The notes under the pieces: model-generated
The model's input: the letters and a program-made list of their open reading frames with translations, nothing else
Database searches by the model: none
Told to the model about the DNA's origin: nothing
Position numbers and translations under genes: made by a program
Assembly: GCA_051418015.1 (NCBI GenBank)
Contig: JBPRGF010000017.1
Location: 96,001 to 160,000 of the forward strand
Direction of reading: 5' to 3'
DNA: 64,000 nucleotides
Source: Candidatus Nitrospinota bacterium M3_3B_026
GTDB lineage: Bacteria; Nitrospinota_A; UBA7883; JBPRGF01
Shown: positions 49,185-58,218 of the stretch, piece after piece
Layout of the letters: every line of letters starts with the position of its first letter
Numbering within the stretch: the stretch's first letter is position 1

Positions 49185-49984
49185 AGGAAGGGGAAGTGGT
49201 GTTTCACACCAACGACATCAGGATACCGCTGGCGCTGTCCTGCGTCCCCGACAGGGAGCTCTCGTTTAACTGGGGGATCAGGATACGGCTCGAGGACCCG
49301 TCTGGTTACAGCGTGCGCATCGCGAACGAGATTCTACGGTTCGGGTTTCGAAAAAATCTCCTGAAAGAAAGAGAGCGTATCCTTCGCCTCGTCGAGGCGG
49401 TACGCGAGTATGTAAACGGCGATCCCGGCGAGGAGCGCCACGCCGGGTACGACGTTCCGGTAGTACAGGCCGTTGGCCAGGAGAGCGCTGTTGAAACGTG
49501 GGTAGGCTGTCTGGCAATGCGGGCAGAGAGAGACGAATTTCCTGAGGGTGTGGTTTTCGCCGCAAAAACGGCAGGTCTTCCTGAAAAATGCCATGGCTCG
49601 ATCGGTTATACCACGGTTCTGGACTTGTCCGTGATCGAGGAAGGCGTCCGCCCCCTCGTTCTCGCCCTCAACGGAGCCGGGACGATCAGGACCACCTACA
49701 GCTGCCAGGGGCATTATACCAGGCATCCCAGGTCGCCGTTCGTGAGGTTCCTCGCGCCGCGGCCGGCGGACGTGTTCGCGTTGCGCGAGGCGGTGTCCGA
49801 AACGAAGACGCGATACCGCTGGGCCGTCCAGGGACGGCCCTGGTGCGGCGGAGTCCATTGGGAGCTGACGACCTCCGTGAAAAGGTCGCCGTGGAGCTCG
49901 GCGAGGCTGCGGCGTGACATATCCGATCTGAGCTGGGCGATATTCGGCCGGTTCATGACGCGCATGGAGGAAGACCGGCGATGA
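49181..49984 (+). CDS. Hypothetical protein with IEEGVRPLVLALN..TTYSCQGH motif
   Basis: Start and stop overlap both neighbours; conserved-looking T..SC.GH motif. Confidence 0.6.
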   Translation: MKEGEVVFHTNDIRIPLALSCVPDRELSFNWGIRIRLEDPSGYSVRIANEILRFGFRKNLLKERERILRLVEAVREYVNGDPGEERHAGYDVPVVQAVGQESAVETWVGCLAMRAERDEFPEGVVFAAKTAGLPEKCHGSIGYTTVLDLSVIEEGVRPLVLALNGAGTIRTTYSCQGHYTRHPRSPFVRFLAPRPADVFALREAVSETKTRYRWAVQGRPWCGGVHWELTTSVKRSPWSSARLRRDISDLSWAIFGRFMTRMEEDRR

Positions 49985-50703
49985 AGGACCTGCTTAAGAA
50001 TGTGGAGGCTCTCGATCCCATGCCGGAGACATTCACGAAAAGGATCGAGCCGCTGACGTCGTCGATGCTGGAGGACCACGCGCGGTTCGCCGTGGAGGAG
50101 TACTGGTGCGGGCATGACAGCGTGAACGTCTTCGACGTGGCCGGAACCGGCCATCCCGGCTGCCAGGGGATGACGTGGCTCGAGTTTCTGAGAAACGGCA
50201 AGAGGATGAGCGTCAACCTGCGGCTGGCCGGGACCAACCCCGGCTACTACTTCTCCCAGGAGTTGAAGAACCCGAGGATGTACTACATCCGTCTCGACGG
50301 GAAACTGTATGTTGGCGGCGACGGGAACCACCGGACCTGCATCGCCCGGGCGATGTTCCACCTGCTCCCGGACGGCGAATGGAGGACGAACATCCACGGC
50401 GTGGACGTCCGGGAGTACAGGACGGACCGGGCGTTCAGGATCGTTTGCGAAGACCTGGCCGCCGCCCTCGAGGCGAAGGAGCTGCGCCACGTCCACGTGA
50501 CGCCCATCCGGGAGGCGGTTCGCCGCGAGGACGCCCCCGGCTGGCACAGGGAGTACTACGGCCTGACGCTTCAAGTGGAGAACAGGAGAACTTCGGAACG
50601 GGTCAGGCTGGACATGGACCGGGCCCTCGATCTGCTCGGCGACGTCAGGGCTCATTCCTGGACGCGAAAGTTCTTCGGCGGGCCGGGGATATTGAAAGGA
50701 TAG
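49981..50703 (+). CDS. Hypothetical protein with ParB/Srx-like DGNHR motif
   Basis: YYIRLDGKLYVGGDGNHRTCIA. Confidence 0.6.
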   Translation: MKDLLKNVEALDPMPETFTKRIEPLTSSMLEDHARFAVEEYWCGHDSVNVFDVAGTGHPGCQGMTWLEFLRNGKRMSVNLRLAGTNPGYYFSQELKNPRMYYIRLDGKLYVGGDGNHRTCIARAMFHLLPDGEWRTNIHGVDVREYRTDRAFRIVCEDLAAALEAKELRHVHVTPIREAVRREDAPGWHREYYGLTLQVENRRTSERVRLDMDRALDLLGDVRAHSWTRKFFGGPGILKG

Positions 50704-50707
50704 AACG

Positions 50708-52111
50708 ATGGCGAAGAGATGTTTCACGGGAACGGTTATAACGGCCCTTCTGCTCGCGGCAATCCTTTCCCCGCCCGCCCGGGCCGGGGAGTGGATCGAC
50801 GACTGGCTCGACCAGAAGACCTCGACGGACATGGGCTATTACGAGGGCCAGCGGCGCGGGTACTGGACCGCCGGGTCCTTCTCGGCCCGGTGGCGCGACA
50901 ACACCGACTACCCGGCCACGCTGGAGCCGCCAAGGGTCTCGGCGGGGTGCGGCGGGATCGACGTGATGACCGGCTCCTTCTCCATGCTGTCCGACTCGGA
51001 TTACCTGATGGACAAGGGCAGGAGCATCATCGAGAGCGGCGTCGCCTACTACGCCTACGACATCGCCCTGGACACGCTGTGCCCCCAGTGCGCCAAGGCG
51101 ATGAAGTCCCTGGAGTCGATCTCCGACATGCTCAACCAGTTGCAGTTCAACGACTGCCAGGCGGCCAGGGTGCTTGTGGCGAAGATGGCCGGCAAGGAGG
51201 ACGACCCGAAGTACAGAGCCTCCGTGGACAGTTATGAAGCGATGAAAGAGGACGTCTCGGACTCATGGTACGGCGTCAGGGAGAGCTGGACGGAATCCGG
51301 CGGCGAGCCGGTCACCCGCGATTCGGACAGGGCCTCCGACTGCGCCGGGGTGTTGAGCGATCTGTTCGGCCCCGCGACGGACACGTCCGTCCTCGAGGTC
51401 ATCAGGCAAGAGTCCGGCTACCCCAGGGAATGGATGGACCTCGCCCGCGGGCTGGTGGGGGACGTCATCCTGAAACGCGACCCCCGGCCGGAGGGAGGTC
51501 ACGACGTCGTCCCGGCGTATATAGAGCCCTGCTCCTGGAACATGGGGGGAGGCTCCGCCGCCGTCCTGCTGGCCGGGGACGCCCAGGCGCGCCCGGCGGA
51601 CGGGGGCGAATGCCGCCCCGTATCAGCCGCCGCCGGCGGCCTCAACGAATGGGCGTATGACAGGATAGACGAGATCATCGGCGCCCTGGAATCCGGCTCC
51701 GAGCCGGGCCTGGAGCAGAAACAGTTCCTGAACTCTTTCCCGATGCCGGTCTACCCGGTCATCAAGGCCGCCCTGTCCAGCGGCCAGGTGAGCGACAGTG
51801 AGGTCAACTCCCTGAAGCTGCTGCTGGCCGGCGCCGCCGCGAGGGTCCACGCCCTGAAGATGATGGACGACCTCTACCGGTTCGCCGGCGGCGGGGTCAT
51901 GAGGGCGGAGAGCTCCATCAGGCGGCGCGCCCCCTCGTGCGCCAACGCCGGGGACCTCGTCCAGGCCGTCCTGCGGGAGATGGAAATTCTCCAGCGCCGT
52001 CTGGACGAGGCGAAAGACGGCATAAGGAAAGAGTACGAGATCACGCTGAAAGAGTACCACTACACCATGAGGACCGCGGAATGGCTTCGAGGCGCGGCGG
52101 CGGGAGACTGA
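50708..52111 (+). CDS. traH: TraH
   Basis: YYEGQRRGYWTAGS, PP.VSAGCGGID..GSFS, LCPQC, DCQAA. Confidence 0.9.
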   Translation: MAKRCFTGTVITALLLAAILSPPARAGEWIDDWLDQKTSTDMGYYEGQRRGYWTAGSFSARWRDNTDYPATLEPPRVSAGCGGIDVMTGSFSMLSDSDYLMDKGRSIIESGVAYYAYDIALDTLCPQCAKAMKSLESISDMLNQLQFNDCQAARVLVAKMAGKEDDPKYRASVDSYEAMKEDVSDSWYGVRESWTESGGEPVTRDSDRASDCAGVLSDLFGPATDTSVLEVIRQESGYPREWMDLARGLVGDVILKRDPRPEGGHDVVPAYIEPCSWNMGGGSAAVLLAGDAQARPADGGECRPVSAAAGGLNEWAYDRIDEIIGALESGSEPGLEQKQFLNSFPMPVYPVIKAALSSGQVSDSEVNSLKLLLAGAAARVHALKMMDDLYRFAGGGVMRAESSIRRRAPSCANAGDLVQAVLREMEILQRRLDEAKDGIRKEYEITLKEYHYTMRTAEWLRGAAAGD

Positions 52112-52115
52112 AACC

Positions 52116-55064
52116 ATGAATAAACCGGGCATGAAAACGAAACTGACGACGGCGTCCGTGACCGCGTCCGTAGCGGCGTTCCCCTCCACGGCGGCCGCCG
52201 CCGACTGGGAGTTTCACACCTACGGCGGGTTCGTCCCGGTCACGGACGCGCTGCGCCACGTCGCCCTGGTCTTCTCCGACCCGGGCTACCAGGGGATATT
52301 CTTCTCCATAGCCGTCCTGGGGATGGTCGTTCTGTGGATCGGCGCGATGCTCAAGGCCGGCCAGGCCGGCAAACCCGGAGGACTCGTGGCCGGCTGGGGG
52401 ATTTGGACCGCCTTTGGCCTGGGCCTCTACCTGGCTTTCGTCGTCCCCAAGAGCGACGTGATGGTCTACGACACGGTCAAGAACCGCCAGGAGGTGATAT
52501 CCGGCGTCCCGTCGGGGCTGGCCGCCGTCCTCGGAACGCTCAACCTGGTCGAACGGGCGATCGTCGAGATCGTCGACACCGCCGGGTTCGTCCCCGCCGG
52601 GATGGAGTACTCCGTCCAGGCCGGGGGCGTCGGGTTCGACCTGCTGCTCGGCCTGGGCCGGGAAGGCGTGGTCATCGACGACGTCTACGTCCGCAAATCA
52701 CTCGACCGCTACGTCGACGACTGTTTCGAATGGGGCGTGGACAACCAGGGCCTGGCCAGAAGCGGGTACGGGGCCATCTCCATCAACGACGTCATCAGGA
52801 CGCCGGACCTGATGGAGCAGCTCGCGAAGGCCGATTACCCGGGGATATCCACCCTCTACTACGACGACCTCTATCCCGCCGGGGAGACGACCTACTGCCG
52901 CGATTCATGGGCGCGGCTGCGGGCGATCATGTCGAGCCGGGCGGTGTGGGACGCCCCGTTAAGGTCGCTTTGCGCCCGGAGCGGGTTCGACCCGTCCATC
53001 CCCGCGGAGTTTTCAAGGTGCCGCGAAGCCGTACAGAGCGGGAGCGGGTTCGTCGCCGGCGGGACGGGGCTGGCCGCCGAGAACCTGGTCCGCCAGACGT
53101 TCCTCGCCGGGGCCGTGGACCACGTCGTCCGGACATACAGTCCCGACGACGCCATCCGCGCCCTGGCGTCCAAGGACATCGGCATGAAGATGACATCCGC
53201 CTTCGTCTCCGCCAGCGAGTGGCTCCCGGTCATGAGGACCACCATCACAGCCATCGTGATCGCCCTGGCGCCCGTGCTGGCGCTGCTGATCCCCACGGGG
53301 CTGGCGGGGCGCGCCGCGGGGATGCTGTTCGGGTTCTTCTTCTGGCTCACCGCCTGGGGAGTAGGCGACGCCATAGCCCATTCCTTCGCCGTCCAGAGCG
53401 CCCTCCACGCCTTCGAGGAGGTCCAGCGCTGGGGGCTGGGGTACCGCTCCATCATGTTCTTCGAGACCGACGCGCTCAAGACCATGGCCATGTTCGGCAA
53501 GATGCGCGTCATGTCCGCCATGCTCGCCACCGTCACCACCATGGCCGTCCTCAGGTTCGGAGGCCACGCCATGGCCATGTTCGCGGGGTCCATCTCCGGC
53601 GACGTCTTCGCCGGGGCCGGCAGGGCCGACGACGCCGTCACCCCCGAAGGCGCCGCCAGGATGCGCGGCCAGGCGGCGGAAAGCGCCGGGAAGCTGTCGT
53701 CCTGGGAAAAAATCGCGAAAGAGGAGGGGATACCCGAGGAACTCACGCGCGTCGACCCGCAGACCAGGTTCGACTACCGGGCGGAGGCAGCGGAATACGG
53801 CGAGGCGGAGAGGCTCGGCTACGCGGACGAACGGATCGGCCAGGCAGGCGGCGATCCCGGCGCCGCGGCGGAGCGGGACGCCGAGGCGCGGTCCAAGGGA
53901 ATGGAGGAGAAGGCCGGGCGCTCCGATATGATGAGCCACGAGCAGGCGCAGGAGGCCGGCCAGGCCGAAGGCGCGAAGGCCAGGGCCGCGTCCGACCTGC
54001 TGAGAATGCAGGCGGGCATCGAACCCGGGACGTCCACGTTCGACGCCAAAATGAAGCTGGCCAAGGCCGGCAGGGAAATGGGATGGAGCGGCGTCAGCCT
54101 GACCGGCGCGGCGAGGTTCGGGGACAAGTATCTGGAAGGCAGGTTCTCCAAGGCTTTCGGCCCGGACGGGCGTCCCCTCGTCTCGGCGTTCACCGGTGTC
54201 GCCGGGAAGGAGGATCTGGCCCGGCTCGCCGACTGGCAGGCGTCCGAAGGCCATGAGAACGCCGCCGACAAACTGCGGGCGATGAGCGAGGAGCTGAATC
54301 CCGGCGACCAGGTCGAGATCAAGGCCACCGGCGACGGAGCCGGAGGCTGGGCCACCTTCGAGGCCAGGCACGGCGGCGAGGTCAAACGCTTCGACCTCGC
54401 CCAGGACAGGGACCTGACGCAGAGCATCAGCGGCAGCGAGGAGATCGTGAAGGACACGAAGCTCGTCGACACCACCGTGACCGACAGGGGCGGCGTGGAA
54501 TGGAGCAACCTTTTCCAGCGGGCCGGCGCTGGGGACGCGGGGATGTACGGCCATATCACCGGCGCAAAAGGCGCCGCACGGGCCGCTATGGCGTGGGACT
54601 TCGCGGACCGGCTGGCCAACGCAATGCCGGTCAATTGGAAAGGAGTGGATGCCGAACAATGGAATGCAAAAGTAAGCGGGTCCGCACGGGCGGGCCTCGA
54701 AATCCTTGGTTCCGGCGGCGGTGTGGGCTTCGAGGGCGGAGCGATGATTGAAAGCAGAATGCAACAAACCTCCAACGTGGGCACGCGCGCCCTGTACAAC
54801 ACGCTGGCCGGGGCCTACGCCGAGGCGGGGGAGCAGGGATTAAGCCCCGAGGATACCAACCGTTACGTAGCGGACAGGGTACAGGACTGGAGACAAGGCG
54901 TCCTCGACGAGTTCCAGAGCGAAGGCTACGGACCGAGCGACACTCTCAGGAAGAACGTAATAGACCCCGCCACAGACAAGATCAACAACATGCTGGATGG
55001 CAAAGAGAGCAAAAGGTCGGAATACAACATGGACGGAAACGATATGACCGATGTGATGGACTAG
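52116..55064 (+). CDS. traG: TraG (F-type, VirB6-like N-terminus)
   Basis: FHTYGGF, VYD.VKN, VP.GLA, multi-TM middle region, long hydrophilic C-terminus; follows traH. Confidence 0.85.
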   Translation: MNKPGMKTKLTTASVTASVAAFPSTAAAADWEFHTYGGFVPVTDALRHVALVFSDPGYQGIFFSIAVLGMVVLWIGAMLKAGQAGKPGGLVAGWGIWTAFGLGLYLAFVVPKSDVMVYDTVKNRQEVISGVPSGLAAVLGTLNLVERAIVEIVDTAGFVPAGMEYSVQAGGVGFDLLLGLGREGVVIDDVYVRKSLDRYVDDCFEWGVDNQGLARSGYGAISINDVIRTPDLMEQLAKADYPGISTLYYDDLYPAGETTYCRDSWARLRAIMSSRAVWDAPLRSLCARSGFDPSIPAEFSRCREAVQSGSGFVAGGTGLAAENLVRQTFLAGAVDHVVRTYSPDDAIRALASKDIGMKMTSAFVSASEWLPVMRTTITAIVIALAPVLALLIPTGLAGRAAGMLFGFFFWLTAWGVGDAIAHSFAVQSALHAFEEVQRWGLGYRSIMFFETDALKTMAMFGKMRVMSAMLATVTTMAVLRFGGHAMAMFAGSISGDVFAGAGRADDAVTPEGAARMRGQAAESAGKLSSWEKIAKEEGIPEELTRVDPQTRFDYRAEAAEYGEAERLGYADERIGQAGGDPGAAAERDAEARSKGMEEKAGRSDMMSHEQAQEAGQAEGAKARAASDLLRMQAGIEPGTSTFDAKMKLAKAGREMGWSGVSLTGAARFGDKYLEGRFSKAFGPDGRPLVSAFTGVAGKEDLARLADWQASEGHENAADKLRAMSEELNPGDQVEIKATGDGAGGWATFEARHGGEVKRFDLAQDRDLTQSISGSEEIVKDTKLVDTTVTDRGGVEWSNLFQRAGAGDAGMYGHITGAKGAARAAMAWDFADRLANAMPVNWKGVDAEQWNAKVSGSARAGLEILGSGGGVGFEGGAMIESRMQQTSNVGTRALYNTLAGAYAEAGEQGLSPEDTNRYVADRVQDWRQGVLDEFQSEGYGPSDTLRKNVIDPATDKINNMLDGKESKRSEYNMDGNDMTDVMD

Positions 55065-55079
55065 AGACTTCGCGGACGG

Positions 55080-55415
55080 CTACTTTTTGAATCCGTACAT
55101 ATCATCATAAGGACTGACACCACCAGCCCCCATAGCCATTTCATCACTTATGCGCTTGGCAGGATCATCTTTCCAGTGCCGATCATCGAACACCCCTCTC
55201 CGCTTCACCTCTTCGGCGGTCATCAGGCGGCCGTAGATGGCGCCAAGGATAAGGAAGCCGCCGATAAACGCGAGGATGGCGGCGGTGACAAAGGGGTTGG
55301 GACCGTAGCGGGGCGGGAGGGCGAACAGGACGGCCAGGGAAATCAGGCACAGTCCGGCCAGAAGGACCACGCCCCTGACGAACTTCCCGCCGTTCTTCTT
55401 CGCTACGTTCTTCAT
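55080..55415 (-). CDS. Small two-TM membrane protein, candidate entry-exclusion protein
   Basis: Convergent with traG, two hydrophobic helices, AGAGGA SD, TTGACA and TATAAT upstream on the minus strand. Confidence 0.55.
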   Translation of the reverse strand: MKNVAKKNGGKFVRGVVLLAGLCLISLAVLFALPPRYGPNPFVTAAILAFIGGFLILGAIYGRLMTAEEVKRRGVFDDRHWKDDPAKRISDEMAMGAGGVSPYDDMYGFKK

Positions 55416-55529
55416 AGTTCCAAATCCTCTTTCATCGTCCCGTTCCACGGGTTAGTATTATATTTACTCCCATGACGGGAGGTTGTCAAGGGTTTGAGGG
55501 GAAGGAGTATCGGAAGGAGGATAGCGGAA

Positions 55530-56096
55530 ATGAAAGGAGTCTCGGAAACATTCAAGAAAGCAGCGCGTTTGTCGATCCTATTCGCGGTTGCCGCGATGAC
55601 ATCTTGCGGCGGCGGGGGTGGAGATTCGAAAGGAGGATATCCTATATCGCTTAACGAATTCACCGTAACCCCCACTACCATAAACTCAAACTCCGCCTTT
55701 ACCGTCACTTGGGACGTGGATTACAGCCGCCCGGACATAGACCCCGGCTATATCCAGAGTGGCTACTGGTACAGTTTCTCTCTCTATGTAAATGATGAGC
55801 CCTCACCTCCGTCGATCCAACCCATTCACAACTGGTTATGCGGCGATATTCCCACCCTTCCGTTTCCGGGAAGTCCGGTGGTCACTGAGCACTACGATTG
55901 CGAGAGAAAACCTCAGGGCGAATGCGAATTCAAGTACGGTCTAGAACCCTATTTCAGTTGCGAAGGCGCAGGCGGCGGCTTTATCTACTACGGGACAGGA
56001 CAGGCGTATCTAATCGGCAAAGCGTGTGTGGAACCACAGGAGGCGTGGGGCAAAATCTGCGAAACGAAGGCCGTGCAAGTGGAGTTGGTAAGGTAA
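55530..56096 (+). CDS. Lipoprotein (low GC), candidate surface-exclusion factor
   Basis: AAGGAGG SD, signal peptide with MTSC lipobox and Gly linker. Confidence 0.6.
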   Translation: MKGVSETFKKAARLSILFAVAAMTSCGGGGGDSKGGYPISLNEFTVTPTTINSNSAFTVTWDVDYSRPDIDPGYIQSGYWYSFSLYVNDEPSPPSIQPIHNWLCGDIPTLPFPGSPVVTEHYDCERKPQGECEFKYGLEPYFSCEGAGGGFIYYGTGQAYLIGKACVEPQEAWGKICETKAVQVELVR

Positions 56097-56401
56097 ACGC
56101 CGACCTCATTAATCCGACACAGATATACGGCGAAAATCACGGCGGTGTCAACAAGGGGTTTTATAGACGAAATCGCCTTACGCGCCCTGAGAACGCCTGT
56201 GAGGCGAAGTATCCCTGGACGCCCCCCCCTTTCCCCGGGCAGGGAAGGCAGGCAGGCCCCGCCTGGGCGGCTCGTGGCGCCCGAAACGCCTTAATGCGGC
56301 GTCAATCGCCCTTGCCCCCCCTCCACGCCGCCCGAAAAACGCCTCCTGGGCGATTTCCGGCGCTCTCTGACGATATTTTTTATCCGGGAGCGAAAAAATA
56401 C

Positions 56402-56429
56402 TTGCGCCCCACGGGAAATCGTGTATACT
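56402..56429 (+). promoter_or_regulatory. Sigma-70 promoter upstream of structured leader copy 1
   Basis: TTGCGC-N16-TATACT. Confidence 0.5.
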
Positions 56430-56438
56430 GTGACCATA

Positions 56439-56754
56439 ATTTTCCGCTTCTTCGTGAAGCACTCCCTTCGGGGACCTAAAGGACCTGGGTTTTAGCCCCA
56501 AGCCCTTCTAAACAGCGGACCGGCGGGTCCGTCATCGGCGCGGCGTTTCAGGCCGCGAATCAATCCATACGATCTTCGTGCGCGCTTTCTCGCCCGATGG
56601 GCGGTCTCAAGCGTCCGCGGAGTTCGCTGGATAATAACGTCTATTGGCCCACAGGGGGCCGCAATCTCTAACTTGCGAGGCCCCCCGTGGGAGGACCGTC
56701 TTCCTCCTTCACGGGAGGGCCTCGCGCCTTTTTGAAGAAGGAGGAAGAATCATG
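56439..56754 (+). ncRNA. Structured ~315-nt cis-regulatory leader, copy 1
   Basis: Highly similar to 58219-58531, with compensatory stem changes and tetraloop swap; ends at AAGGAGG and ATG. Confidence 0.6.
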
Positions 56755-57204
56755 GAAACGAAGAAAGTCGTCATCACGGAGTCCGAGCTGCGCGACACCC
56801 TGGCCGAGCTGGCCGACGAGCTGATCGAGCAGGCCATGGAACGCCTGCTCCAGATGGGCGCCGCCAGCGCGCCGGAGGAGATCGTCGAGTCCCTGGACTC
56901 GAACGAGTCCGGTGAGACCGGGACCTCCGAGCCGGCCGAAAAGCCGTCCAGTTCCAACGGGAACGACGGCGGCGAGTCGTCCGGTACGCGCGGCTACATC
57001 AAGGCCGTCAGGACCGACGGGTCGGCGTTCCGCATTCGGGAGGACTGGTTCAACGTGAACCAGCACACCCGGCTGGAGGCCGATCTGGTCAAGGGCGGGT
57101 TCGTGAAGGTGCTCTACAAGGAGCGCCAGACCGACGAGGGCGGTACCATCAGGTACGCCAACGCGGTTTACGAGTCCCAGCCCAGGGAGACGGCCGCCGC
57201 GTGA
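56752..57204 (+). CDS. Hypothetical protein, acidic N-terminus and OB-fold-like C-terminus
   Basis: Strong SD; GYIKAV..F.I...WF..L.KG..VKV.Y beta-rich pattern. Confidence 0.65.
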   Translation: METKKVVITESELRDTLAELADELIEQAMERLLQMGAASAPEEIVESLDSNESGETGTSEPAEKPSSSNGNDGGESSGTRGYIKAVRTDGSAFRIREDWFNVNQHTRLEADLVKGGFVKVLYKERQTDEGGTIRYANAVYESQPRETAAA

Positions 57205-57362
57205 CGGCAGGGTCAGAAAAAGCGGACCGCGGGCGCTCATAAGAGCGTTCCGCGGCCGCTCCCGATTCCCCCGGATCGCCGGGAAATCGTTGTCAACAAC
57301 GGTACCGGCGTGATGGGGGAGTCCTGCCCCCTCTCCGCCGGTCCATATGGAGGAGAGGAACG

Positions 57363-57530
57363 ATGAAGAAATACAGAATAGAGTCTTACGTATTCTGGAA
57401 AGGTCTCGTGCTCGCGCTGCTGACGGTCGAGCACGGGATAGAGCTCGGCGGGGAGTGGAACCTGCTCCTCGCGAACCTGTACCGCAGGGGCCATGAGCCT
57501 GAGAAGGCCGCGGCCCTGATCGCGGGTTAG
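57363..57530 (+). CDS. Small hypothetical protein (55 aa; missing from the ORF track)
   Basis: GGAGGAGAGG SD; MKKYRIESYVFWKGLVLALL...AAALIAG*. Confidence 0.55.
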   Translation: MKKYRIESYVFWKGLVLALLTVEHGIELGGEWNLLLANLYRRGHEPEKAAALIAG

Positions 57531-57579
57531 GACGCGCCTTCCCGGGGACGGCATCCCGCCGTCTCCGGGAGTCGTGTCA

Positions 57580-57692
57580 TACGTCATCATGCCCCACGGG
57601 GCGCAATCTCAACTTGCGAAGCCCCTGTGGGACGATCCCATCCCTTTCGTGACGGGGGTTTCGCGCCTTCTCGAGGGAGGGATCGAGCCATG
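57580..57692 (+). repeat. Diverged partial third copy of the leader (3' switch module)
   Basis: ACGTC..GCCCCACGGGG-CGCAATCTCAACTTGCGA..hairpin..TCGCGCCTT..SD-ATG, same order as in the full copies. Confidence 0.6.
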
Positions 57693-57830
57693 AGACCGAC
57701 GATGAAGGACACGGCAAGACACTATCTGAACCCGCTCCACGTTTTCTGCCGCCTGACGCCGATTCTCGGCCGGCGGGCGGCCGGGAGACTTGCGAGGTTC
57801 TATCAAAGAACCTTCTGGGGTGTGGTATAA
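57690..57830 (+). CDS. Small basic protein (46 aa) with HYLNPLHVFCRL motif
   Basis: GGGAGG SD at the end of the partial leader. Confidence 0.55.
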   Translation: MRPTMKDTARHYLNPLHVFCRLTPILGRRAAGRLARFYQRTFWGVV

Positions 57831-57845
57831 ATAGGGAGAAAGGAT

Positions 57846-58097
57846 ATGAGCATGGTTTTCGATACTTTGGCTTACGCCAAGGAGTTGAAGGAGGCCGGCG
57901 TTCCCGAGGCGCAGGCGGAAGTACAGGCCCGCGCCCTCGTGAGGTTCGCCGAAGAGCAGGTCGCAACCAAGAGCGACATGAAGGAGATGGAGTACCGGCT
58001 CAAAGCCGAGCTTATCAAGTGGATGGTGGGGTTGACCCTGGGTCAACTAACCATCATGATAGCCGGCTTCGGCCTGGTTATTTCGATGATAAGGTGA
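57846..58097 (+). CDS. DUF1640/CCDC90-like coiled-coil membrane protein
   Basis: FDTLAYAKELKEAGVPEAQAE, ATKSD, LIKWMVG + TM. Confidence 0.8.
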   Translation: MSMVFDTLAYAKELKEAGVPEAQAEVQARALVRFAEEQVATKSDMKEMEYRLKAELIKWMVGLTLGQLTIMIAGFGLVISMIR

Positions 58098-58121
58098 CTC
58101 CGGCCCGGCCGGAGGACGGAC

Positions 58122-58171
58122 AAGGCGATATCCGGCGCTCCCCACGGGGGCGCGGGGTGTCGCCTTTTTTT
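58122..58171 (+). terminator. Intrinsic terminator
   Basis: AAGGCGATATCC..GGGTGTCGCCTT long stem followed by T7. Confidence 0.7.
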
Positions 58172-58172
58172 G

Positions 58173-58202
58173 TTGCCCGGCGGCCCGGGGCCCGGGTATA
58201 AT
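58173..58202 (+). promoter_or_regulatory. Sigma-70 promoter upstream of structured leader copy 2
   Basis: TTGCCC-N18-TATAAT. Confidence 0.55.
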
Positions 58203-58218
58203 CCAGTCATAGTTTTTC

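Noticed and set aside
56118..56152. Minus-strand TTGACA promoter pointing antisense into the lipoprotein gene
   Set aside because: No convincing -10 hexamer at 16-18 nt spacing
56644..56751. Identical N-terminal peptide MAHRGPQSLTCEAPRGRTVFLLHGRASRLFEEGGR on ORFs 56644 and 58421
   Set aside because: It is the translated 3' end of the repeated leader from a TTG with no SD. The strong SD precedes ATG 56752/58529 and the third copy does not keep the peptide. A leader-peptide role is not fully excluded.
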